Positions 8,738 through 14,606 of a stretch of DNA of 14,606 nucleotides are shown piece by piece. How positions within the stretch are numbered: the stretch's first letter is position 1; every line of letters starts with the position of its first letter. Position numbers and translations under genes: made by a program. The DNA comes from Candidatus Subterrananammoxibius californiae. Lineage in GTDB: Bacteria > Planctomycetota > Brocadiia > Brocadiales > Subterrananammoxibiaceae. The notes below the pieces were generated by a model that saw only the letters and a program-made list of their open reading frames with translations, was not told the origin of the DNA and did no database searches. The DNA is taken from contig JAURAC010000014.1 of assembly GCA_030586555.1 (NCBI GenBank), positions 1 to 14,606 of the forward strand, in the 5' to 3' direction.

Positions 8738-9964
8738 ATGTTTAATACAATCCCTGAGGTGCTTGAGGATTTTAGACAGGGAAAGATGGTTATCGTTGTA
8801 GATGATGCGAATCGTGAAAATGAGGGTGATTTAACGATTGCAGGAGAAAAGATTACGCCAGAAATCATCAATTTTATGCTCAAGCATGCTCGCGGTATAA
8901 TATGCGTGGCGATAACACCTGAACGTGCCGAGCAATTAAACCTGCACCCGATGGTTATGAACAACACATCGAACTTCCAGACACCCTTTACTGTGTCTGT
9001 TGATGCAAGGTACGGCACTACGACAGGGGTATCTTCAGATGACCGTGCCAAAACGATATTGGCAGTGGTAGATGACGCTACCAGACCAGAAGACCTTGTT
9101 AGACCGGGACACGTATTCCCCCTGAGGGCACAGAAAGGGGGCACGCTGGTACGTGCCGGTCATACTGAAGCGGCCGTTGACCTTACCAAGCTCGCCGGGT
9201 TGAAACCTGTTTCTGTAATAGCAGAAATCATGTCTGACGATGGAAAAATGGCAAAATTGCCCGAACTCAAGAAATTTGCCGAACAACATAAGATGAAGAT
9301 ATGTACCATTGCGGACATTATTAAATATCGCAGACAAAAGGAACGTCTCATCGAAAAAAGGGTTTCTGTCAAATTGCCAACACACTATGGAGAATTTAAT
9401 TTACATCTGTACCGTTCCACTGTTGATGACTATCTTCATCTTGCGATGTGCCTCGGTGACATAGGAAGCAATGATGATTCTCCTGTTCCCGTACATAACG
9501 AACCCATTCTCGTAAGGGTTCATGACGAGTGCCTAACGGGTGACATCTTTGGCTCACTGCGATGCGACTGTGGGGAACAACTTCGTAGTTCTTTAAGAAT
9601 GATAAAAGAAGAAGGCAAGGGAGTTGTGCTTTACATGAGGCAAGAAGGTAGAGGGATAGGTCTCGAAAACAAGCTCCGCACCTATGCACTCCAAGAAAAA
9701 GGCTATGATACCGTTGAAGCAAATGAAAAATTAGGATTCTCTGCAGATAAGAGGGATTACGGTATAGGGGCGCAAATCCTCCGTGATTTGGGCATTACCA
9801 AGATGAAACTTCTCACAAATAATCCAAGAAAATATGCTGCCCTTGCAGGTTATGGACTTGAGATTGTAGAGAGAGTTCCAATAATGACACAACCGGTCAA
9901 GGAAAATCTGCGTTACCTTCGAACAAAAAAGGAAAAACTTGGCCATATACTCGAAGGGGTATGA
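8738..9964 (+). CDS. ribBA: Bifunctional 3,4-dihydroxy-2-butanone-4-phosphate synthase / GTP cyclohydrolase II
   Basis: RibB motifs [20 protein letters not shown] and RAGHTEA. RibA motifs [27 protein letters not shown] and LLTNNP. I reassigned the start to ATG 8738 (MFNTIPE), which follows AGGAG; the track's 8687 start lies inside the REP palindrome. Confidence 0.96.
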   Translation: MFNTIPEVLEDFRQGKMVIVVDDANRENEGDLTIAGEKITPEIINFMLKHARGIICVAITPERAEQLNLHPMVMNNTSNFQTPFTVSVDARYGTTTGVSSDDRAKTILAVVDDATRPEDLVRPGHVFPLRAQKGGTLVRAGHTEAAVDLTKLAGLKPVSVIAEIMSDDGKMAKLPELKKFAEQHKMKICTIADIIKYRRQKERLIEKRVSVKLPTHYGEFNLHLYRSTVDDYLHLAMCLGDIGSNDDSPVPVHNEPILVRVHDECLTGDIFGSLRCDCGEQLRSSLRMIKEEGKGVVLYMRQEGRGIGLENKLRTYALQEKGYDTVEANEKLGFSADKRDYGIGAQILRDLGITKMKLLTNNPRKYAALAGYGLEIVERVPIMTQPVKENLRYLRTKKEKLGHILEGV

Positions 9965-9968
9965 CTCA

Positions 9969-10027
9969 GTAGAGGCATACCTGTGTGTCTGTCCTTTTTC
10001 TGGGCGTACATATAGGCTTGCTCCTAC
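9969..10027. repeat. Degenerate GTAG-type REP doublet (two inverted REP-like units)
   Basis: GTAGAGGCATACCTGTGTGTCTGTCC-tttttct-GGGCGTACATATAGGCTTGCTCCTAC has imperfectly complementary arms and GTAG/CTAC termini, just after the ribBA stop. It could also act as a 3' stem. Confidence 0.7.
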
Positions 10028-10071
10028 TTGAACTGTTCAATTACTTCAACACCTTTAGGAACAACTAATTG
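10024..10071 (-). pseudogene. Remnant copy of the 3' end of the lolA-like gene (direct repeat of 12596-12643)
   Basis: 42/48 nt are identical to 12596-12643. On the minus strand it translates to QLVVPKGVEVIEQFK*, versus QFVVPKGVEVIEPFK* in the intact gene. Confidence 0.9.
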
Positions 10072-10118
10072 CATAGACATCTTTCTTGTTTTTTGGCTAA
10101 TCTTGTTTTCTAAACAAG

Positions 10119-11681
10119 ATGAATAAACTTCATTATACCACAAAACAATTCTTCGTAATTACACTCTTATTTCATTCAGGTGTATTTTTTGTCTTTCCTA
10201 TTTTAACTTATTCCTTTGCACAGGATAATGTTAATCTTCAGGCAGTTGAAACACCCGCACAGCAAAGTATATTGGGCGATATGAAATTCCACCATGAAAT
10301 GGCAGAACTCCTGGGGGAAAAGGTGGGACCGGATGATTCAGGAGATATCTATAATGCGGGTGGCCTTGCAAGCTACTATACAGGCTCAGAAGAACTTTTT
10401 CCAGGAAAGGGGAGATTTGGGCAACTTTATAAATTTCTGCCCGTGATACGATGGTATGACCCGGCATATTATTTTAACAGCGATGTCTTCCGTCCTAACA
10501 GCACAACAACAGGTGAATTTGTAAACGAACAGTGTATCACTTGCCATATAGTAGAAAGCCCTGGCATTGTGACACAATGGAAACAAAGTAAACATGGAAC
10601 GCCTTCCGCAGGTAAAGAGGTAGTTGGTTGCGACCGTTGTCATGGTAAGAATCACGAAAAGCTTATGATGCCTTCTTATGAACTCTGTGGTGAATGTCAT
10701 GAGAAACAACTTAAGGGACATAGAGAAGGTGAACGAGGTTCCCACACACATGCCTATCATCTGGAGTTGATAGACCAGGGATGTCAGATGGAGAAACCTG
10801 CTGAAGAAACGACCTCCTGTCTGGGCTGTCACGCTATTGTAGAAAACAGGTGTGACGGTTGCCATACCCGGCATCGCTTTTCTACGTCCGAGGCGAGAAA
10901 ACCCACCAGTTGCGCCGTATGCCATTCTGGTCCTGAGCAATACGAGTATGAGATGTACTTGCAGTCTTATCACGGCATGATTTACCAAGGAGAAGGGCAG
11001 AACTGGGACTGGACAAAGCCGCTTAATGCAAAAAACTATGTTGTCCCAACGTGTGCGTACTGCCATATGCCTGATGGGAACCACAATGTTACCAGTATGT
11101 CTACGGTTTACACCTATATGGGTACTTCACTGGTAGATCGAGGGTCTTCCCGGTACAAGGCGACACGAGATGCATGGGTCAACATTTGCAAAGGATGCCA
11201 TTCTCCGCGATTTGCCAGAGACCATCTGGAAGCCATGGACGAAGCGGTAAAGCTGAGTTTTACAAAATATCGCGAGGCGATGAGCATAGTGATGGAGTTA
11301 TATAAAGATAATCTGATAGACCCCATGCCATGCGACCTTGCCCCTGATTCATCAGGTCATAACGTCTTTAGTCTATTACCAGGAAAGGGGGAGATGCGAA
11401 AGTATAATGTTTCTAACATAGAGAGATTAACATACGAAATGTTAGTTGATATTATTGGCGCCATTTATAAGGCAAAGTCCCACAATGCCTACTACAGCCC
11501 AATTTATGGGTATTGGGAATGGGCACAAGACCGCTGGCTGGTGCAGATTAAGGACGAAGCGAGTAAACTAAAACGTTTTGCAGAGATTGAAGAGAAGTTG
11601 GGTATTAAGCACAACGCCTATCCCTTTTGGAAGCACGGCGAGTACACAGATATGCTACTTGGTTGGAAGAGAAAAGAATAG
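10119..11681 (+). CDS. Octaheme cytochrome c of the hydroxylamine oxidoreductase family, anammox HOX-like paralog
   Basis: Signal-peptide-like N-terminus and eight CxxCH motifs (CITCH, CDRCH, CGECH, CLGCH, CDGCH, CAVCH, CAYCH, CKGCH). HAO-family segments include IRWYDP, GSHTHAY, CHTRHRFS..EARKP, PTCAYCHM, CHSPRFA, DPMP and FWKHGEY.D.L.GWKRK, which match Kuenenia kustc1061 as I recall it. Confidence 0.92.
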   Translation: MNKLHYTTKQFFVITLLFHSGVFFVFPILTYSFAQDNVNLQAVETPAQQSILGDMKFHHEMAELLGEKVGPDDSGDIYNAGGLASYYTGSEELFPGKGRFGQLYKFLPVIRWYDPAYYFNSDVFRPNSTTTGEFVNEQCITCHIVESPGIVTQWKQSKHGTPSAGKEVVGCDRCHGKNHEKLMMPSYELCGECHEKQLKGHREGERGSHTHAYHLELIDQGCQMEKPAEETTSCLGCHAIVENRCDGCHTRHRFSTSEARKPTSCAVCHSGPEQYEYEMYLQSYHGMIYQGEGQNWDWTKPLNAKNYVVPTCAYCHMPDGNHNVTSMSTVYTYMGTSLVDRGSSRYKATRDAWVNICKGCHSPRFARDHLEAMDEAVKLSFTKYREAMSIVMELYKDNLIDPMPCDLAPDSSGHNVFSLLPGKGEMRKYNVSNIERLTYEMLVDIIGAIYKAKSHNAYYSPIYGYWEWAQDRWLVQIKDEASKLKRFAEIEEKLGIKHNAYPFWKHGEYTDMLLGWKRKE

Positions 11682-11718
11682 GGTAAATGGGAATTTGGGA
11701 TTCACTGCGGATAATATA

Positions 11719-12552
11719 CTATAATTGTCTTTTAGCTTGCCATAAATTCACAAAATCGGGACGATTACTTTCAAATTCACTTGCCAGCTTTTCTATATCT
11801 TCCTTTGTTTCTTTGTTTAAAAATTTCTTGTCTACCATCTCAATAAACAAAAAAGATAGAATCTCAACTTGGATTACGATCCAACGTTTTGGCATATCTG
11901 GGGGAATCATCGAGTGGTAAATTTTACCGTGCAAAAAGTTGGATGGGACTCTATAAAGAAGGTCATATATTGCCTCGTTTGTAAGTATTGGGAATAATCC
12001 CTTTGTAGTAGCTGCCAAATCATCCAGATTAAGCTTAGTAATTATTTCTTTAATAGTAGGAAAATCAAATCCACTATTTTTTAAATGGTTCTTCGAAAAA
12101 TCCTCTATGCGTTCCGGTAGATTTAACAAATTTGCTTCAAACTTTTTATATAATTTTCCATAAAGATCTTTTAAGGAGTTATTCTCCCCCTTTATCTTTC
12201 GATACCTATACCTTTGACTCAATTGGAATAAATATTGTGCTACGCAAATACCGAATTTTTTATTGTCATCCTGATTGACAAGGTAAGTAAGTTCGGCATA
12301 TATTTCTGTGAGGGTACGGGTAAGAGGATAATAGTAAGAAAAAACCTCGTCTCTTTCTGTTTCTAACTTTTCATTTAGAAACTCAACAATATTCCAAAAA
12401 TTCTCTACGTACAATTTTTCTGTTCTCAAAATAGTTATTACAGGGAGACGCAACGGGCTCTTTCCTTTATTCTCAACAAGGCACTGCTGCTTTCTACCAA
12501 GTGTTGATAGGTTTCGTATAAGGTTTATTTGATTTTGTACTGGATTATCCAT
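11719..12552 (-). CDS. AT-rich, all-helical hypothetical protein, possibly DUF5677-like
   Basis: Long open frame; the likely start is ATG 12552 (MDNPVQ), since the track's 12612 start overlaps lolA. It has the motifs LTRTLTE (RxxxE) and YRVPSNFLHG (YxxxSxxxH). The family call is pattern recognition only. Confidence 0.6.
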   Translation of the reverse strand: MDNPVQNQINLIRNLSTLGRKQQCLVENKGKSPLRLPVITILRTEKLYVENFWNIVEFLNEKLETERDEVFSYYYPLTRTLTEIYAELTYLVNQDDNKKFGICVAQYLFQLSQRYRYRKIKGENNSLKDLYGKLYKKFEANLLNLPERIEDFSKNHLKNSGFDFPTIKEIITKLNLDDLAATTKGLFPILTNEAIYDLLYRVPSNFLHGKIYHSMIPPDMPKRWIVIQVEILSFLFIEMVDKKFLNKETKEDIEKLASEFESNRPDFVNLWQAKRQL

Positions 12553-12595
12553 GATAATATTGAAATTTGAGGAAAGGAAAAGCCGCGACTGTTCC

Positions 12596-13336
12596 CTACT
12601 TAAACGGTTCAATTACTTCTACGCCTTTAGGAACTACGAATTGAAATGTTTTATCTGGAATGGGCTTATTAAGGGATATGTTATTTAGCTCTATCTTGTT
12701 TACAATCTCGCCTTCACTTTCAGAAAGCTCTATTACGCTTGGCAGCCAGAACCCTTCTTCAATCCACAAATGTATCTTTGAATACCTGTCATCCGCCTGA
12801 GGCGAATTGGCTTTGGTAATCAACTCCAGTACATAGAATTTTTTACCCTTTTCTACCTTTTTCTCTATAAGTGATATTTCGTACCTTTTATTTGCCTCTG
12901 CCACAGAGCTATTGTATCCAAGTTCAAAAAAGTTGATACCCTGAGTGGGTTGCGAACCCCCTTCCTGGGCATCTTCCTTTGCTTTGTACTTCTCCACTTG
13001 CTTGGTTCCGGGGTGAAAAATCCATACATACTCCCCATCAATAACATTTATTTCATTCCGAGGCGCAGAAAACTTTATATATGCATACCCGGGCTTTTTA
13101 TACCTTATTTCGCCGTTTGAGACCTCATTGACCTCGAGCAATGGAATGATTTTTGTAAATGTTAAATCTGCCTCAATGCTCTCAAACGTCTTATTTGCCC
13201 GCTCCACCTCGTCAAGTACTTCCTCTTTAGTCTTCCAATCTTCGTTACTAAGGGCATTACTGCTGGGAAAAGGAATAAACATGTAAATTAAAAATAAAAA
13301 ATATAAAATTTTAAATTTTAAATTTGTATTTTTCAT
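12596..13336 (-). CDS. Outer-membrane lipoprotein carrier protein LolA family
   Basis: N-terminal signal peptide and a LolA-fold pattern: SIEADLTF...GEIRYKKPG...FSAPRNEINVIDGEYVWIFHPGTKQV...F.FVVPKGVEVI. Orthology to true lolA is not established. Confidence 0.8.
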   Translation of the reverse strand: MKNTNLKFKILYFLFLIYMFIPFPSSNALSNEDWKTKEEVLDEVERANKTFESIEADLTFTKIIPLLEVNEVSNGEIRYKKPGYAYIKFSAPRNEINVIDGEYVWIFHPGTKQVEKYKAKEDAQEGGSQPTQGINFFELGYNSSVAEANKRYEISLIEKKVEKGKKFYVLELITKANSPQADDRYSKIHLWIEEGFWLPSVIELSESEGEIVNKIELNNISLNKPIPDKTFQFVVPKGVEVIEPFK

Positions 13337-13345
13337 TTTGTAATT
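13286..13345. repeat. AT-rich imperfect inverted repeat overlapping the lolA-like start codon
   Basis: aattaaaaataaaaaatataaaatttt ... aaatttgtatttttcattttgtaatt. The arms are near reverse complements with roughly 7-nt periodicity. Confidence 0.6.
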
Positions 13346-13916
13346 ATTTTCCCAGAATCGGAATAAGGTCTGTAAGGTGCATCAATTTAAAATCTGGCTC
13401 GACACCTGCATCAAACTCCTTATGATTACACAGGAGCGCGGTCTTTGCACCTGCTGCCTTGCCGCATAAGACATCAAATTTATAATCACCTACGATAAGA
13501 AGATGTTTTGACAAAATCCCCAGTTTTCTACCAATCAGGAGTACAGGGTCTGGAGAAGGCTTCGGCTTGGCATCTTCACGACTGACGATGCAGTCAAATT
13601 TGAGGTTGTGCTTACTTAATACCTTATCAGCAGAGGCGCGTGAATTTCTTGTCAGCAATGCCGTCTTCTTTCCCTTCCTTACAACAAAGTCCAGCAGTTC
13701 CCTTGCGCCATCATTCAATTCGGCATTCTCTGCGGCTTGCGCCTCAAACCTTTCAAGGATACTATTTATACGCACCCTCTCCTTTTCATCTACCTTTTCC
13801 ATATATTCAAGGACGGGCTCATCCATCGCCTCACCTATCTCGGCGGCAAGGGCGCCAAAGTCCATATTTGGCTTTGTTAAGGTGCCATCCATATCAAAGA
13901 TTATTCCCTTTATCAT
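13344..13916 (-). CDS. HAD-superfamily hydrolase, subfamily IA (phosphatase)
   Basis: Motif I IIFDMDGTL, motif II LLTRN, motif III KPSPD, motif IV VGDYKFDV.CGKAAG. Confidence 0.92.
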   Translation of the reverse strand: MIKGIIFDMDGTLTKPNMDFGALAAEIGEAMDEPVLEYMEKVDEKERVRINSILERFEAQAAENAELNDGARELLDFVVRKGKKTALLTRNSRASADKVLSKHNLKFDCIVSREDAKPKPSPDPVLLIGRKLGILSKHLLIVGDYKFDVLCGKAAGAKTALLCNHKEFDAGVEPDFKLMHLTDLIPILGK

Positions 13917-13942
13917 GGTTCGTTAAATACCCCCGTAAATCT

Positions 13943-13970
13943 ATCATACCAGAAGCGCTTATTTTTTCAA
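13943..13970 (-). promoter_or_regulatory. Putative sigma70 promoter for HAD-lolA
   Basis: Minus strand: TTGAAA (13970-13965), 16-nt spacer, TATGAT (13948-13943), with a TGn extended -10. Confidence 0.5.
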
Positions 13971-14029
13971 GTATTAAGTGATAGAACACGAAACCAGATG
14001 TGTGCGCACGGATTGGCGCTAACGAAGTC

Positions 14030-14103
14030 TGGCTGGGGAGCCTGGATTCGAACCAAGACAGGCAGATCCAGAGTCTGCAGTGCTACCGTTACACTACTCC
14101 CCA
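14030..14103 (-). tRNA. tRNA-Gln (anticodon CTG)
   Basis: The reverse complement folds as TGGGGAG-TA-GTGT-AACGGTA-GCAC-T-GCAGA-CTCTGGA-TCTGC-CTGT-CTTGG-TTCGAAT-CCAGG-CTCCCCA-G-CCA, a full 74-nt cloverleaf with U1-A72 and encoded CCA. Confidence 0.97.
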
Positions 14104-14161
14104 GCAAAAGTTGGCATGCCTCCTAAAGGTGGATAGAAGAGGAAGAGTATGTTTCTGTTCA

Positions 14162-14189
14162 ATTATACTTTCCTCATGTAAAATTTCAA
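14162..14189 (-). promoter_or_regulatory. Putative sigma70 promoter of tRNA-Gln
   Basis: Minus strand: TTGAAA (14189-14184), 16-nt spacer, TATAAT (14167-14162), about 60 nt upstream of the tRNA. Confidence 0.6.
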
Positions 14190-14214
14190 TAAAATTATCA
14201 GCAGGAAGTAGTCT

Positions 14215-14241
14215 GTGGGTCATGGCGTGCCGTACCTCCAC
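14215..14241. repeat. Degenerate REP-like palindrome
   Basis: The minus strand reads GTGGAGGTACGGCACGCCATGACCCAC, an imperfect palindrome resembling GTAGGGGCACGGCA-GCCGTGCCCCTAC-type REPs, 5 nt after a stop codon. Confidence 0.45.
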
Positions 14242-14246
14242 CTCTG

Positions 14247-14606
14247 CTATCTGCACTGAAAATTATTGCCATTTACTTTACTGCCATCAGTGACAATTAC
14301 GGGTTTTGCGCCCCCGCCTTTACAACCCTTTGCGTTTATATTATAGGTGCCATCCTCAAGACCAGCGAACCGATAGCAACCATCATTGTCTGTAACAACC
14401 TTCATTCTTACCCTTGGTTTTCTCGGGGATGTATTATTTAATATTACAGTCTTTCTTGCAAGCGGCATCTCTGTGCTCTTTTTCGTTACAAGACCGGATA
14501 TACATCCCTTAAAACCATCGTTATTACACTGACACACAATAGTTGTAGTCATAGTGGATGTGGTCGTGGATGTTGTTGTAGTCGTGCTTGTGGTCGTAGA
14601 AGTTGT
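14247..14606 (-). CDS. C-terminal part of a probable extracellular protein: Thr/Ser-rich linker plus a carboxypeptidase-regulatory-like/Cna-B-type beta-sandwich (truncated by the window edge)
   Basis: The frame stays open to base 14606 (TTSTTTSTTTTTSTTTSTMTTTIVC...), so the ATG at 14552 is internal. The domain pattern is ISGLVT...PLA..TVIL...VTDNDGCYRFAGLEDGTYNINA. Confidence 0.8.
   Translation of the reverse strand, partial: TTSTTTSTTTTTSTTTSTMTTTIVCQCNNDGFKGCISGLVTKKSTEMPLARKTVILNNTSPRKPRVRMKVVTDNDGCYRFAGLEDGTYNINAKGCKGGGAKPVIVTDGSKVNGNNFQCR

Noticed and set aside
8088..11326. Antisense or alternative-frame ORFs over pgsA-like, ribBA and HAO, including the 232-aa ORF 10386-11084
   Set aside because: They overlap well-supported genes almost entirely and have no recognisable features.
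10119..11681. Calling the octaheme protein hydrazine dehydrogenase or bona fide HOX
   Set aside because: It lacks the CxxxxCH heme-3 motif of HDH and the distal Asp-His pair, so only a family-level call is supported.
11687..11920. 77-aa plus-strand ORF after HAO as an HAO partner
   Set aside because: It has no CxxCH and is mostly antisense to the longer minus-strand ORF.
14030..14103. tRNA-Gln as an island integration site
   Set aside because: I found no duplicate of the tRNA 3' end and no integrase in the window, and the downstream genes look like housekeeping genes.
13567..14293. Plus-strand ORFs over the HAD gene and tRNA
   Set aside because: They are antisense to the HAD gene and tRNA-Gln.
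1..14606. CRISPR array or intact mobile element
   Set aside because: The palindromes are isolated and non-identical with no repeat-spacer periodicity, and there is no cas, transposase or recombinase ORF.

Overview
This 14.6 kb bacterial segment most likely comes from an anammox planctomycete (Ca. Brocadiales). That is inferred from an octaheme protein closely resembling Kuenenia hydroxylamine oxidase, an ahbC gene, and the intergenic repeat types. Plus strand, first block: 3' end of a PQQ-type beta-propeller gene, ahbC, then two tandem 196-aa cNMP-binding-fold paralogs. Minus strand: carA, a small secreted CARDB/Ig-like gene, carB. Plus strand, second block: a pgsA-like gene, ribBA and an HAO-family octaheme cytochrome c. 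Minus strand, right end: an AT-rich helical hypothetical gene, a lolA-like gene, a HAD hydrolase, tRNA-Gln(CTG) and the 3' end of a Thr-linker surface protein. Three observations stand out. (1) The HAO gene and the AT-rich gene lie between two diverged 48-bp copies of the lolA 3' end, which looks like an integration scar. (2) The HAO keeps eight CxxCH motifs and the candidate cross-linking Tyr, but has Glu-Gln where characterised oxidative HAOs have the distal Asp-His pair. (3) The two cNMP-fold paralogs lack the canonical Glu/Arg pair and any recognisable HTH. Several GTAG-type REP palindromes and AT-rich inverted repeats are also present. No CRISPR array, integrase or transposase is visible. 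Comparisons to reference proteins are from memory and need alignment.
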